Of a stretch of DNA of 64,000 bases, positions 31,926 to 42,711 are shown piece by piece (position 1 is the first letter of the stretch; each line of letters opens with the position of its first letter). Both the position numbers and the translations under genes were made by a program. Under the pieces are notes generated by a model. It saw only the letters and a program-made list of their open reading frames with translations. It did no database searches and had not been told where the DNA came from. The stretch comes from Synechococcus sp. (lineage in GTDB: Bacteria; Cyanobacteriota; Cyanobacteriia; PCC-6307; Cyanobiaceae): positions 1,344,136 to 1,408,135 of the forward strand of contig JBJBDC010000001.1 of NCBI GenBank assembly GCA_047285535.1, in the 5' to 3' direction.

Positions 31926-32285
31926 TCAGTTCCGTTCGCTTTTGTCCATGGGCAGAAGCCAGATTGATCGTGAGTCTTGACGCAGTTCAATACGAAACTC
32001 CTGGCCAGGCTCCAGGCCAAGTCTGCGAGTGTAAGCATGACCTATCAGCAGATTTCCATTCCCGTGCACCCGGGTCTTGAATTCAGCTTGTCGGCCTCTG
32101 GCTCCTCCTCCCCCGGAACTGGCAGAGGGGAGTTTATATCCCTTTGCTTCCACCAAAGCCTTGTAAAAGCTCTTGCGCAGAACACGTCCGCTAGGACCGA
32201 CGTAACCGCATCCCTTTGCAATTTCGTCCTCTGAGCGATTGCTGAGTGACCGGGCCCTATTCAGCAATTCCTGGCCAATGAGCAT
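31926..32285 (-). CDS. Cyanobacterial AbrB-like transcriptional regulator
   Basis: G.ELL...IAKGCGY, FYKALVEAKG, VHGNGNLLIGHAYT..LGLEPGQEF. Confidence 0.88.
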   Translation of the reverse strand: MLIGQELLNRARSLSNRSEDEIAKGCGYVGPSGRVLRKSFYKALVEAKGYKLPSASSGGGGARGRQAEFKTRVHGNGNLLIGHAYTRRLGLEPGQEFRIELRQDSRSIWLLPMDKSERN

Positions 32286-32391
32286 CTAACTCAAGAAATT
32301 TGAAGTGCTTTTATTCTGGCCATACTTCACAAACCAGGCAAGAAAAATCTCGAAATTACTTATGAAGGCTCTAACGACCAAGAAGAAAAGC

Positions 32392-33012
32392 TCAGAGGAG
32401 GTAGAGAATTACAAAAAGAACCACCCAGATGCCGTCAACAAAGTGCCAGTAGAGCTCTGCCGCCTCCAAGGGGAACTGATTGTCTGCCGTGACACGCCCT
32501 TGAGGGGTACGACATTGCCACCACACAATCAAAATCATCAAGGCCCCTAGGGTCACGTGAAGACCGTGAAACCCAGTAAGAGCGTAAAAAGTACTGGCAT
32601 AAAGGTTGTCATTCAACCCGAAAGGCAAGGTGAAATACTCCACCATCTGACTCAACAGGAAGGCAAACCCAAGACTCGCTGTTAATAGCAGCCATCGCCT
32701 ACAGCGTTGCGAATCACCTCCGCGCAGATTCACTCCAGCACGATGGAACGTGAAGCTACTGACCAGCAGGAGGATGGTATTGAGTGTGGGCAGAGGAAGC
32801 TCAAGTTCGTATATGGCCCCAGGGAGGAGGGGGTTAACAGCTTTGAACGTGAGATACGCGGCAAAAAAGCCAGCGAATGTCATGGCATCGGCCACCAAGA
32901 ATGTGGCCAGGCCAAACATGCGATGGTCTGGGTGGCCTTCTTCTCCGTTGTCTCCATGCACTGGAATGTCTACCACCTGCTCTTGAGAAGATTGAGAAGA
33001 TAGAGAAGTCAT
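32392..33012 (-). CDS. ctaE: Cytochrome c oxidase subunit III
   Basis: TGFHGLHV, YWHFVDGIW; ATG at 33012 overlaps the ctaD stop. Confidence 0.95.
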   Translation of the reverse strand: MTSLSSQSSQEQVVDIPVHGDNGEEGHPDHRMFGLATFLVADAMTFAGFFAAYLTFKAVNPLLPGAIYELELPLPTLNTILLLVSSFTFHRAGVNLRGGDSQRCRRWLLLTASLGFAFLLSQMVEYFTLPFGLNDNLYASTFYALTGFHGLHVTLGALMILIVWWQCRTPQGRVTADNQFPLEAAELYWHFVDGIWVVLFVILYLL

Positions 33013-34673
33013 CGTCCATTGCTCCAAACATCGCTGCCACTGGCATCCCTCAAATCAATTTGATCGGCTGAGATTCCATAGCCATAGGGATGAATCACCA
33101 AAGGAGGTTCTCCTTTCCAATTTTCTACGGGAGGTGGAGAACTGGTTAACCACTCGGGAGTTAAAGCGCGCCAAGGATTGTCTCCAGCGATCTCTCCCGA
33201 GCGTGCACTCACAAAGACATTCCAGAGAAATGGAAGGGTGCTTAAAGCCATCAGTAAGGCTCCAACACTGCTGATCTGATTCACAAAGGCAAATTGAGGG
33301 TCATACTCAGCAACACGCCTAGGCATTCCATTGAGTCCAAGCCAATGCTGGGGAGCAAAGCAAAGATTGAAACCTATGAACGTCAACAAAAAATGAAAAC
33401 GGCCTAGATGTTCATCTAGCATTCGTCCGGTAACTTTAGGGAACCAATGATAAATAGACGCAAAGATTACAAATACTGAACCTCCATAAACAATGTAATG
33501 GAAGTGAGCCACTACAAAATAAGTGTCGTGAACATGGACATCGAAAGGCACTTGCGCAAGTGCCACCCCAGTAATACCTCCGAGAACGAAATTGACAATA
33601 AAGCCGCAAGAAAAAAGAACCGCGCTATTAAGACTAATTTTTCCACCCCATAAAGTAGCCAGCCAATTGAAGAATTTGATACCTGTTGGCACAGCGATAA
33701 AGGCCGTAGCGATTGTGAAAAATAATCGCATCCAGGGAGGCGTGCCACTTGTAAACATGTGATGCGCCCAAACAACAAGTCCAAGAACAACTATCGCCAT
33801 AATCGAATACACCATCGTGGTGTATCCGAAAAGAGGCTTCCTGCAATGGATCGGAAGAATTTCACTCACCAAGCCAAATGCAGGCAACACCATAATGTAG
33901 ACAGCGGGGTGAGAATAAAACCAAAAGAGGTGTTGATAAACGACGACGTTTCCACCCATGCCCGGGTTGAAAAAGCCAGTATGAGCAACAATATCGAAAC
34001 TAAGAAGAATTAAGGTCCCCGCAAGAACTGGCGTCGAAAGAACAACCAGAATACTGGTGCCAAGCATGGCCCAGCAATACATCGGCAATTGCATAAGCTT
34101 CAAGCCAGGCCGACGCAATTTCAATATAGTTGCAATAAAATTAATTCCACCAAAAATCGAACTCCCCCCAAGCAATAGAACACTTAAGATCCAAATAATC
34201 TGACCAGTTGCAGGGGTCGTCAAACTCAGAGGCGGATAGGCCGTCCAGCCGGACTGTGCAGCACCACTAATAAAATAGCTTGCAATCAGGAGCAATCCTG
34301 AAGGAGGTATCAACCAAAAGGCAACGGCATTCAAACGAGGGAAAGCCATATCTCTTGCCCCTACATAGAAAGGAATCAAATAATTCCCAAAGGCACCATT
34401 CACTACTGGGACAATCCAAAGGAAGATCATCACTGTGCCATGCAAAGTGAGCACCTGATTGTAAACATCTCTAGGCATAAAGTCGGACACCGGGCTAGTC
34501 AGCTCGGTGCGAATAGCACCAGCCAAGGCACCGCCAATAAGATAAAAAGCAAAGCCACAAATCAGATATTGCAGTCCTATCACTTTGTGATCAACACTAA
34601 AACTGAAATAGCGAAGCCAACCAGAAGGCTGCAACGAAGGGGGCTTGTTTTGCTGGGTAAGAGTCAGTGTCAT
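33009..34673 (-). CDS. ctaD: Cytochrome c oxidase subunit I
   Basis: DHKVIG, HGTVMIF, WFYSHPAVY, WAHHMF, HDTYFVVAHFHY, GMPRR. Confidence 0.98.
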   Translation of the reverse strand: MTLTLTQQNKPPSLQPSGWLRYFSFSVDHKVIGLQYLICGFAFYLIGGALAGAIRTELTSPVSDFMPRDVYNQVLTLHGTVMIFLWIVPVVNGAFGNYLIPFYVGARDMAFPRLNAVAFWLIPPSGLLLIASYFISGAAQSGWTAYPPLSLTTPATGQIIWILSVLLLGGSSIFGGINFIATILKLRRPGLKLMQLPMYCWAMLGTSILVVLSTPVLAGTLILLSFDIVAHTGFFNPGMGGNVVVYQHLFWFYSHPAVYIMVLPAFGLVSEILPIHCRKPLFGYTTMVYSIMAIVVLGLVVWAHHMFTSGTPPWMRLFFTIATAFIAVPTGIKFFNWLATLWGGKISLNSAVLFSCGFIVNFVLGGITGVALAQVPFDVHVHDTYFVVAHFHYIVYGGSVFVIFASIYHWFPKVTGRMLDEHLGRFHFLLTFIGFNLCFAPQHWLGLNGMPRRVAEYDPQFAFVNQISSVGALLMALSTLPFLWNVFVSARSGEIAGDNPWRALTPEWLTSSPPPVENWKGEPPLVIHPYGYGISADQIDLRDASGSDVWSNGR

Positions 34674-35494
34674 GCCTCGGAAACAGGGAGCTTGCGATTG
34701 GCTTGGAACCAGGATTCATAGTCATCGGCCGACTCAACTACCACGGTGGAACGCATTCCACCGTGGTAAGGACCACAGAGTTCAGCACACACAACTGGAT
34801 AACGACCTAGGCGTGTTGGAGTGAAATTGAGCAGGGTCGGCTGGCCTGGAATGATGTCCTGTTTCAGCCGGAATTCTGGAACCCAGAACGCATGGATAAC
34901 ATCCTTAGCCTCCATACGCAATGAGACAGGACGTCCTGAAGGCACATGCAATTCACCTGAAACAATGTCACCATCGGGGTAATGAAAAAGGAAGGCAAAC
35001 TGCATCGCCGTCACCTCAACAGGAAGGGGAGACATGGCCATTTCTGAATTGGCTTGCATGGCACCAGCAGTTCCTATCCCTGCCCAGACTCTTTCCTCAT
35101 TGGCCTGAGAGCTTCCGTGTCCACCATGCATAAGGGGAACCATTCCCCCCATCCGTTCATAGATGTCGTAGCTGAATAAACCTACAAAAAGAACGACAAT
35201 GGCAGGGACAGCAGTCCAAAAAATCTCTAGTGGCAGATTGCCTTCAATAGAAATTCCATCACCGATCTGACCAGATTTCCTGCGAAAACGAACCAGACTG
35301 AAAACCACCAGCCCTACTATTCCTATAAACAGAATCGTACCGATACTGAACAGGACACGAAACAACTCGTCGTAAATGGGTGCATTGACACTGGCATCAA
35401 CGGGAAGAAGGTTGATGTTTTGGCCAATCCACAAGCCACCCAGCACAAGAATCATTCCCAGCACAAGGGTGAGAATTGCTGAGGGGATAGGCAC
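34670..35494 (-). CDS. ctaC: Cytochrome c oxidase subunit II
   Basis: CuA ligands DVIHAFW and CAELCGPYHGGM. Confidence 0.96.
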   Translation of the reverse strand: MPIPSAILTLVLGMILVLGGLWIGQNINLLPVDASVNAPIYDELFRVLFSIGTILFIGIVGLVVFSLVRFRRKSGQIGDGISIEGNLPLEIFWTAVPAIVVLFVGLFSYDIYERMGGMVPLMHGGHGSSQANEERVWAGIGTAGAMQANSEMAMSPLPVEVTAMQFAFLFHYPDGDIVSGELHVPSGRPVSLRMEAKDVIHAFWVPEFRLKQDIIPGQPTLLNFTPTRLGRYPVVCAELCGPYHGGMRSTVVVESADDYESWFQANRKLPVSEA

Positions 35495-35721
35495 GAAACT
35501 CCTTGTTTATCTCATATCAGACTATGGAGAACACATGCCTTCTTCATGCAGTGATTGTTAAAGCAGCCTGAAGTTCCTGCTAACAATGCTGTTTCAGGGC
35601 GTTGTTGTCAGCAAAGGGAGATGTTTGTGCCCTTGAAAATGTTGGAGACCTGTAAATAGCGTGACGTTTGAGATCAGATCGCTACTTTCAAAAACACACC
35701 TGTCAATTGGAGGGATAGACG

Positions 35722-36654
35722 ATGACTTCATCGTCAATAGTTCCAATTCGTCGTCGACTGGCTCAGTTAGCTGCTCATCTCGTTGTGGCTCTTATCGCCC
35801 TAGTGGTAGTTGGGGGAGCCACACGTGTAATGGAGGCAGGGCTTGCTTGTCCTGATTGGCCTCTCTGTTACGGAAGCCTGCTGCCCGGACGTCAGATGAA
35901 TCTCAAGGTTTTCTTGGAGTGGTTCCATCGCCTCGATGCCTTTGTGGTGGGGGTGGCCCTTCTCGTCCAGCTCGGAGCCTCCTGGTTATGGAGAAAGGAA
36001 TTACCAAGGTGGTTGCTCCCAATCAATTTTCTCCTGGTTTTGCTGGTGGTCCTTCAGGGAGGCCTGGGAGCACTCACCGTTCTTCAACTGCTGCCTTCCG
36101 CTGTCGTCACAGCCCATCTTGTTCTTGCCTTGACCCTCGTGATTGCGATGAGTGGCCTAACGCAAAGGCTGCTCCAAAAAGGCTCAAACGAATGTATCGC
36201 CCCTCGATGGTGGCCTTGTCTAGGCGGAGTCAGCCTTACCGCCGTTTCCGCGCAATGCCTGCTCGGAGGGCGAATGGCAACATCTTGGGCAGCACAACGA
36301 TGCTTAGAGGGTGGTCAGGCCTGTCAATGGCTCCACTGGCATCGAAGTGGCGCCATGCCAGCTGCAGGCTGTGTCTTGCTGTTCGTTGCCACGGGCTTGA
36401 TTGCCGGTGGTTGGCCCCGGCAACAGTGGCCATTGCTCATCGCTGCCTCTGTCCTGGTATCAGCACAGATTTTTTTGGGGGTTTTCACGTTGCGACTTGG
36501 TCTAAGTCAACCCGTGGTGACGGTGTGCCATCAACTTGTTGCCTGCCTACTCGTTGCCGTCCTCGCAGCACTCACATGGAGGCGTCCGACTTCAGCCCAA
36601 TCGCCTCTCAAGAACGATCTCGATTCTTCAACCCTGGAGCCCTGTCATGGCTAG
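35722..36654 (+). CDS. ctaA: Heme A synthase (COX15/CtaA)
   Basis: [25 protein letters not shown]. Confidence 0.92.
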   Translation: MTSSSIVPIRRRLAQLAAHLVVALIALVVVGGATRVMEAGLACPDWPLCYGSLLPGRQMNLKVFLEWFHRLDAFVVGVALLVQLGASWLWRKELPRWLLPINFLLVLLVVLQGGLGALTVLQLLPSAVVTAHLVLALTLVIAMSGLTQRLLQKGSNECIAPRWWPCLGGVSLTAVSAQCLLGGRMATSWAAQRCLEGGQACQWLHWHRSGAMPAAGCVLLFVATGLIAGGWPRQQWPLLIAASVLVSAQIFLGVFTLRLGLSQPVVTVCHQLVACLLVAVLAALTWRRPTSAQSPLKNDLDSSTLEPCHG

Positions 36655-37657
36655 TTCAGCTTCAGTCGGTCCGATTCCCCCTGTTCTGACAAGAGACGAG
36701 GTTGTTCCCTCTCGAAAGCGAATCAAACTGCCTCCCTGGCTTGAAGTTGCTAAGCCGAGGCTCATTCCTCTTCTACTCGCAACCACTCTTGGCGGTATGG
36801 CGCTAACTGAAGGTTGGCCCCTCTCCTCTCCCCGTCTTGCCTGCACACTTGGTGGCGGTGCTTTAGCAGCAGCAGCAGCAGGGGTTCTCAACTGTCTCTG
36901 GGAACAGGAGCTGGATGGTCGCATGGTGCGTACAAGCGGTCGTGCACTTCCCTCAGGACGGCTCTCCCCTGCAGCGGCATTTATTGGTGCAGTGTCGTGC
37001 ACCCTTGCCGCTGCAGCGCTTCTTGTCAGTGGGGTCAATTGTCTGGCTGCAGGACTCTCACTGTTAGGTCTCTGCAGCTATGTACTGCTTTACACCGCGC
37101 TTCTTAAACCACGAACAACACAAAATATTGTCGTCGGTGGTGTCGCCGGAGCCATCCCTCCCTTGGTTGGAGCTGCTGCTGCAACTGGACATGTGGGGCT
37201 AGGCGGCTGGTGGCTCTTTGCCCTAGTCATGGTATGGACGCCTGCCCATTTCTGGGCACTAGCTCTGCTTTTGCATGATGACTATCGGGCAGTGGGCATC
37301 CCAATGCTCCCAGTCGTCAAAGGGCCGTTGGTCACGACAAGAGCCATTCGGAGATACGGATGGGCAACTATTTTGCTGAGCTTTTTAGGGATCTGGGCCT
37401 TACCTGAAGGCGGAGTCTTGTACGGCTTATTGATCCTTCCCTTTAATGGACGGTTACTACAGATGGTGGAACGCCTGGCTGCTGAACCCAACAGCCTTGA
37501 TCGCGCTAAAGGATTATTTCGCTGGTCCATCCTCTATTTGTTTGGAATCTGCCTATTGCTTGTCCTCAGCAGACTGTCTGGTTCCGCTCAATTTGATCTG
37601 CAAGTTAGAGAAGTCGTCGACATCCTCTCGGGTGGCTTTCTTCCTGTTGCTTCCTAG
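36647..37657 (+). CDS. ctaB: Protoheme IX farnesyltransferase (heme O synthase)
   Basis: [25 protein letters not shown]...DY..VGIPMLP; ATG at 36647. Confidence 0.95.
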   Translation: MASSASVGPIPPVLTRDEVVPSRKRIKLPPWLEVAKPRLIPLLLATTLGGMALTEGWPLSSPRLACTLGGGALAAAAAGVLNCLWEQELDGRMVRTSGRALPSGRLSPAAAFIGAVSCTLAAAALLVSGVNCLAAGLSLLGLCSYVLLYTALLKPRTTQNIVVGGVAGAIPPLVGAAAATGHVGLGGWWLFALVMVWTPAHFWALALLLHDDYRAVGIPMLPVVKGPLVTTRAIRRYGWATILLSFLGIWALPEGGVLYGLLILPFNGRLLQMVERLAAEPNSLDRAKGLFRWSILYLFGICLLLVLSRLSGSAQFDLQVREVVDILSGGFLPVAS

Positions 37658-37686
37658 ATTCTTTACTCTCGTTTGTGGACGGATCA

Positions 37687-38700
37687 ATGTCCCTGATCGT
37701 GCTCGATCACCTGGATAAGTCCTTCGGGACCATATCAGCGCTCAGGGACTTGAGCTTGAGAGTCCCGAAAGGGTGTCTTTACGGATTGCTGGGACCGAAC
37801 GGCGCAGGAAAAACCACAACTCTGAGAATTCTGGCCACCCTTCTGTCTCCAGATCTTGGTGAGGTTCGAATAGCAGGCCTTGATGCTTTGAGTGATCAGC
37901 GAGAGATTAGACGCCTCATCGGTTATGTCGCCCAAGAGGTTGCTATTGACAAGATTCTCACGGGTCGAGAACTGCTTGAACTTCAAGGCGATCTTTATCA
38001 CTTACCTCCACAACACAGAAACCAGCGCATCGATGAACTCATCAAGATGCTGGGCATGGTTTCCTGGATTGACCGTCGCTGCGGAACCTATTCCGGGGGA
38101 ATGAGACGTCGTCTCGATCTGGCCTCTGGCCTCCTACATCGTCCACAGCTCCTCATCCTGGATGAACCGACTGTGGGACTTGACATTGAAAGTCGGGCTG
38201 TGATCTGGAACGTGCTCCGTGAGCTAAGAGACGAAGGAACAACAATTTTGCTGAGCACTCATTACCTCGAGGAAGTGGAAGCACTCGCTGATCGAATGGC
38301 CATTATTGATGCTGGAACGGTGATTGCTGAGGGCACTCCGAACGAGCTAAAGAAGCATCTCGGAGGAGATCGCGTGACCTTGCGGGTGCGTGAATTCAGC
38401 AATGAACAAGAGGCTGAGACGATTCGTGATTTGCTGCAACCGCTGGATGGCATTCAGAACATTGTGATTAATCGATCTCAGGGCTACTCCCTCAATCTTG
38501 TTGTTGAGGGAGAACAGGTCCTTCCCCGCCTTCGCCTTTGCCTAAAGGATGCCGGCCTTCCAGTGTTCGCCCTTGCCCAAAGCCGGCCCAGTCTTGACGA
38601 TGTCTATCTTCAAGCCACAGGACGCACCTTGATGGATGCCGAACTGGCGATTGCTGGTCAACGTGATCCCAAGCAAGAACGCAAGCAATCCATGCGGTAA
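37687..38700 (+). CDS. ABC-2 exporter ATP-binding protein (DrrA-like)
   Basis: GPNGAGKTT, YSGGMRRRL, LDEPTVGLD, C-terminal PSLDDVYL. Confidence 0.92.
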   Translation: MSLIVLDHLDKSFGTISALRDLSLRVPKGCLYGLLGPNGAGKTTTLRILATLLSPDLGEVRIAGLDALSDQREIRRLIGYVAQEVAIDKILTGRELLELQGDLYHLPPQHRNQRIDELIKMLGMVSWIDRRCGTYSGGMRRRLDLASGLLHRPQLLILDEPTVGLDIESRAVIWNVLRELRDEGTTILLSTHYLEEVEALADRMAIIDAGTVIAEGTPNELKKHLGGDRVTLRVREFSNEQEAETIRDLLQPLDGIQNIVINRSQGYSLNLVVEGEQVLPRLRLCLKDAGLPVFALAQSRPSLDDVYLQATGRTLMDAELAIAGQRDPKQERKQSMR

Positions 38701-38739
38701 CAACCTGCCTCTCTTGATCTGATTTTCATAGTGCGTGCC

Positions 38740-39597
38740 ATGACAACGCCCCGTCTCACCATCGATGCCAATCAAACCTCATCTCGAGGAGCTTTGACTG
38801 AGCTAATCCAGGAAACGACAGCCTTGACGCGACGCCTGTTCCTGCAGCTCAAGCGTCGGCCATCCACGTTGATTGCCGGTGTTCTGCAACCGCTGATCTG
38901 GTTGATTTTATTTGGAGCTCTTTTCTCGAAAGCTCCAGAGGGACTTTTGCCCGGTGGGATGAGCTATGGACGTTTCCTCGGCGCTGGAGTGATTGTGTTC
39001 ACAGCTTTTAGCGGTGCACTCAATGCAGGACTGCCTGTCATGTTTGACCGTGAGTTTGGATTTCTCAACCGATTGCTCGTCGCTCCGTTAAGGAGTCGAA
39101 GTTCGATCGTCTTCGCCTCAGTGATTTACATCACCACATTGAGTCTGATGCAGAGTTTGGCGATCTTGATAACAGCTGCGTTACTCGGATATGGATGGCC
39201 TGGGACCGGAGGGCTCTTAGTGGTGTTGGTCACCCTGCTGCTGTTGGTTTTTGCAGTCACGGCATTAAGCCTGGGACTGGCCTTTGCCTTACCCGGCCAC
39301 ATCGAATTAATTGCAGTGATTTTTGTAGCCAATCTGCCACTGCTGTTTGCCAGTACCGCACTGGCTCCTCTGAGCTATATGCCGGTGTGGATGGGCTGGC
39401 TAGCAGCCTTAAATCCCCTTACCTTCGCGATAGAACCAATTCGAGCAGCCTATTCAGGCCCACTCGATCTTTCCGTGGTTCTCTTGGATGCCCCCTACGG
39501 TTCAGTTACTGGACAAACTTGTTTGCTAGTTCTGACCGTGCTCACCCTCGGGTTGTTTCTACTGATACGACCACTGCTCAATCGAAAACTCTCTTGA
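38740..39597 (+). CDS. ABC-2 type permease (Ycf38-like)
   Basis: QLKRRP..L..G..QPL.W, FDREFGFLNRLLVAP, NPLTFAIEPIR. Confidence 0.88.
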   Translation: MTTPRLTIDANQTSSRGALTELIQETTALTRRLFLQLKRRPSTLIAGVLQPLIWLILFGALFSKAPEGLLPGGMSYGRFLGAGVIVFTAFSGALNAGLPVMFDREFGFLNRLLVAPLRSRSSIVFASVIYITTLSLMQSLAILITAALLGYGWPGTGGLLVVLVTLLLLVFAVTALSLGLAFALPGHIELIAVIFVANLPLLFASTALAPLSYMPVWMGWLAALNPLTFAIEPIRAAYSGPLDLSVVLLDAPYGSVTGQTCLLVLTVLTLGLFLLIRPLLNRKLS

Positions 39598-39601
39598 TCC
39601 T

Positions 39602-40042
39602 GTGACTGCGTCTTCGTTTCAGCCGCTCAATCCTCGACAACTTGACCTACAGCGTCGCTTGCTGGTCGCCCATGACTTGAGGAAAACCACGTTGGTCGCA
39701 CAACTGGAGCTGCAGTGGGTGCATCGGTATGGCTTGACCTCACTTCCGAAACACACTGCTAACCCAGCAGACCGATCTGTCACACATACATTGAGTTCTG
39801 AGGCGGAACCCAGCCTTGAAGTTTTAGACGACTTCAGCGATCAAGCCACTGAAACAAAATCATCCCAAGTGACAGATCTTTTAGGCGACTCTCTAGAAGA
39901 CGTGGGTGACATTGTTGAAGCAACAGCTGATCGTTGTGACCAGCCACTAACAATCACACCTCCTCCCATGGCTCCAGGACCACAACGATTTCGTCGCTGG
40001 CTGATCGCAACGTCAGAAGATCACTATCTGCAGGCATCCTGA
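39602..40042 (+). CDS. Hypothetical protein
   Basis: 146-aa ORF filling the gap with 4-5 nt spacers; QLELQWVHRYG segment, acidic linker, C-terminal RFRRWL. Confidence 0.65.
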   Translation: MTASSFQPLNPRQLDLQRRLLVAHDLRKTTLVAQLELQWVHRYGLTSLPKHTANPADRSVTHTLSSEAEPSLEVLDDFSDQATETKSSQVTDLLGDSLEDVGDIVEATADRCDQPLTITPPPMAPGPQRFRRWLIATSEDHYLQAS

Positions 40043-40047
40043 AGACC

Positions 40048-40749
40048 ATGACAGTTCCATCACGGAACCAGCTTGCGGGCGGTCTGATTGTGTCAGTTCA
40101 AGCTCCAGAAGGATCTCCAATGCGACATCCTGATGTGATTGGCGCGATGGCTGAATCCAGTCTTAGGAATGGCGCGATTGGGGTACGCCTCGAGAGCCCA
40201 GAACACATCGGAGCGGTTCGGAACCGCTGTCCAGATGCTCTCATCATTGGTCTCTGGAAGCGTACATACCCAGATAGTGCTGTCTACATCACCCCCTGCT
40301 GGGAGCATATTCGAGCGGTTTGGGCCGCGGGAGCTGACATCATCGCCCTCGATGCAACATCACGCCAAAGACCGAACAAGGAAGTCCTAGCCGAACTTGT
40401 GACACGAAGCAGAGACGAGTTAGGTGCACCTCTGATGGCCGATGTGGACTCGATTGATCACGGACTGCAAGCGGCCTCAATGGGATGTTCTTGGGTTGGA
40501 ACCACTCTCTATGGATATACAGAGCAGACAGAGGATCAAACTCCCCCTGGCTATCGCTTGATTTCTCCGTTAAGGAATCAACTTCCTCACGATGTCACCC
40601 TGATTTGCGAGGGCGGGATTCGATCCTCTGATTCAGCACTCCAGGCGATTGATCATGGAGCAGATTTAGTGGTGGTCGGCACTGCTATTACTGGAATCGA
40701 TCTCCAAGTCGCCGAATACATCGGGACCCTAAGAAGGCAGGATGGGTGA
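40048..40749 (+). CDS. nanE: N-acetylmannosamine-6-phosphate 2-epimerase
   Basis: GLIVSVQA, IIGLWK, VYITP, LMADV, VGTTLYGYT, EGGI, VVVGTAIT. Confidence 0.93.
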   Translation: MTVPSRNQLAGGLIVSVQAPEGSPMRHPDVIGAMAESSLRNGAIGVRLESPEHIGAVRNRCPDALIIGLWKRTYPDSAVYITPCWEHIRAVWAAGADIIALDATSRQRPNKEVLAELVTRSRDELGAPLMADVDSIDHGLQAASMGCSWVGTTLYGYTEQTEDQTPPGYRLISPLRNQLPHDVTLICEGGIRSSDSALQAIDHGADLVVVGTAITGIDLQVAEYIGTLRRQDG

Positions 40750-40767
40750 GTCTCGTAAGACTTGGCC

Positions 40768-40950
40768 ATGTTGCTCAAAATTACTTTCCCTGTCTTACTT
40801 AGCGGCGCTTTTTTTGGGCTGCCGATAGCAAGGCTTCCAATGTCAGAACTTCAGGCCCTCAATCGGGAACTTGGGAGGCTGTGTAACCAACCTCCCCGCG
40901 AAGCGTTATCGGTCTGCCGCATTCACGCTCGTCTCGTGGGATCCCTCTAA
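40768..40950 (+). CDS. Small hypothetical protein (60 aa)
   Basis: Hydrophobic N-terminus then LNRELGRLCNQPPREALSVCRIHARLV; fills the gap between nanE and groEL2. Confidence 0.55.
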   Translation: MLLKITFPVLLSGAFFGLPIARLPMSELQALNRELGRLCNQPPREALSVCRIHARLVGSL

Positions 40951-40958
40951 GCAAGGGA

Positions 40959-42632
40959 TTACATCATTCCCATACCGCCCATGCCGCCCATGCCGCCCAT
41001 TGGGTCCATACCACCGCCCATTCCACCCATTGGGTCGCCACCGCCTCCAGCAGGAGCAGGTGGCTCAGGCTTATCGGCAACCACAACCTCAGTTGTTACC
41101 ACCAACGATGCAATGGAGACAGCATCTTGAAGAGCAAGACGAACAACTTTGGATGCATCCAGAATCCCTGCATTCATTAGGTTTTCAAAGCTTCCAGTGA
41201 GAGCGTTGAACCCCTCTCCACTATTGAGCACTCGATTCACCACCACATCACCATTAGCACCTGCGTTCTCAGCGATCTGACGAAGGGGAGCACTCAGGGC
41301 TCGCTGAACAATTTCCATGCCGGTCTTTTGATCACCTTGCAACCCAGCAGTCAAGCCATCAAGCTCGCCTGCAATATGGAGCAGTGTTGATCCTCCTCCA
41401 GCCACAATTCCTTCTTCCACAGCTGCACGAGTGGCGTTTAAAGCATCTTCAATCCTTAGCTTGCGATTCTTAAGCTCAGTTTCTGTTGGAGCACCGACCT
41501 TGATCACAGCCACTCCTCCAGCGAGCTTGGCAATGCGCTCGTTGAGTTTTTCTTTGTCGTAGTCCGAATCCGTGTTCTCAAGTTCACGCTTAATGGAAGC
41601 GACGCGTGCACTAACCGCATCTCTGCTGTCATCACTTGCCACGATGGTGGTGCTGTCCTTACTGATCGTGATACGACGTGCTCGGCCCAGATCGTCCATC
41701 GTCACTTTATCGAGGGTCATCGCCCTGTCTTCACTAATGACTTGACCACCAGTCAGGACAGCAATATCCGCAAGAGCCGCTTTACGGCGATCTCCAAACG
41801 ATGGAGCCCGCACCGCTGCAACCTGAAGAACCCCTCTGTTCTTATTCACAACAAGGGTGGCTAGGGCTTCGCCGTCAACTTCTTCAGCCACGATCACCAA
41901 GGGGGAGCCTGATTTCTGAACCGTTTCCAACACTGGAACCAAATCGGCTACAGAGCTGATCTTGCGATCTGTGAGCAGCAGCAACGCATTTTCGAACTCA
42001 CAGATCTGGCGATCACCATCGGTGACGAAATAAGGAGAGCTATAGCCACGATCAAAAGCCATGCCCTCAGTCACTTCAAGTTCAGTAGCGAGAGACTTTG
42101 ATTCCTCCACGGTGATCACCCCATCAAAACTCACCTTGTCCATCGCTTCAGCGACCATGCGACCGACCTCCTCATCTCCGCCTGAACTGACCGTTGCAAC
42201 CTGGCGTATCGCGTCACCACTGACAGCCTGGCTGCGCTTATTCAGGCTCTCAACCACAGCAGCAACAGCTTTTTCCATACCCCGACGAAGCTCGATAGGA
42301 CTCGCTCCTGCTGCCGTATTGCGCAGGCCCTCCTCAACCATCGCCTGAGCGAGAACGGTGGCCGTTGTGGTGCCATCACCAGCTTTGTCCTTGGTCTTCG
42401 AAGCAACCTGCTGAATCAGCTTGGCTCCAATGTTTTCAAACGGATCTGCAAGTTCGACTTCTTTAGCAATGGTGTCACCGTCATTCACGATGTCTGGCGA
42501 GCCGAATGACTTCTCGAGCACCACGTTGCGGCCACGAGGACCGATCGTCACCCGAACAGCATCGGCAAGGGCATTCATTCCTCGCTCGAGAGCTTCACGT
42601 GATTCGTTCGAGAAGCTGAGAAGTTTGGACAT
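40959..42632 (-). CDS. groEL2: Chaperonin GroEL (monocistronic, groEL2 type)
   Basis: [27 protein letters not shown]; no adjacent groES; GGM tail. Confidence 0.95.
   Translation of the reverse strand: MSKLLSFSNESREALERGMNALADAVRVTIGPRGRNVVLEKSFGSPDIVNDGDTIAKEVELADPFENIGAKLIQQVASKTKDKAGDGTTTATVLAQAMVEEGLRNTAAGASPIELRRGMEKAVAAVVESLNKRSQAVSGDAIRQVATVSSGGDEEVGRMVAEAMDKVSFDGVITVEESKSLATELEVTEGMAFDRGYSSPYFVTDGDRQICEFENALLLLTDRKISSVADLVPVLETVQKSGSPLVIVAEEVDGEALATLVVNKNRGVLQVAAVRAPSFGDRRKAALADIAVLTGGQVISEDRAMTLDKVTMDDLGRARRITISKDSTTIVASDDSRDAVSARVASIKRELENTDSDYDKEKLNERIAKLAGGVAVIKVGAPTETELKNRKLRIEDALNATRAAVEEGIVAGGGSTLLHIAGELDGLTAGLQGDQKTGMEIVQRALSAPLRQIAENAGANGDVVVNRVLNSGEGFNALTGSFENLMNAGILDASKVVRLALQDAVSIASLVVTTEVVVADKPEPPAPAGGGGDPMGGMGGGMDPMGGMGGMGGMGMM
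40968..41037 (-). repeat. Coding tandem repeat: GroEL Gly-Gly-Met tail
   Basis: Repeated ATGCCGCCC-like units on + strand encoding [23 protein letters not shown]. Confidence 0.85.
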
Positions 42633-42695
42633 AATGTGTCAGGAACACGATGGTCAATCGCTCCCAGCGTCTATGACCACCTACACCTCTCGGAA

Positions 42696-42711
42696 GTGGG
42701 GAAAGCCGAAT
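42696..42711 (-). promoter_or_regulatory. K-box-like element upstream of groEL2
   Basis: - strand ATTCGG-CTTT-CCCCAC versus cyanobacterial K-box consensus GTTCGG-NNAN-CCNNAC. Confidence 0.55.

Noticed and set aside
35856..36689. 277-aa alternative-frame ORF over ctaA
   Set aside because: Lies almost wholly within a well-supported gene; Arg/Ser/Pro-rich composition typical of off-frame translation
40968..41037. Tandem repeat as a novel element
   Set aside because: It is the ordinary GroEL GGM tail
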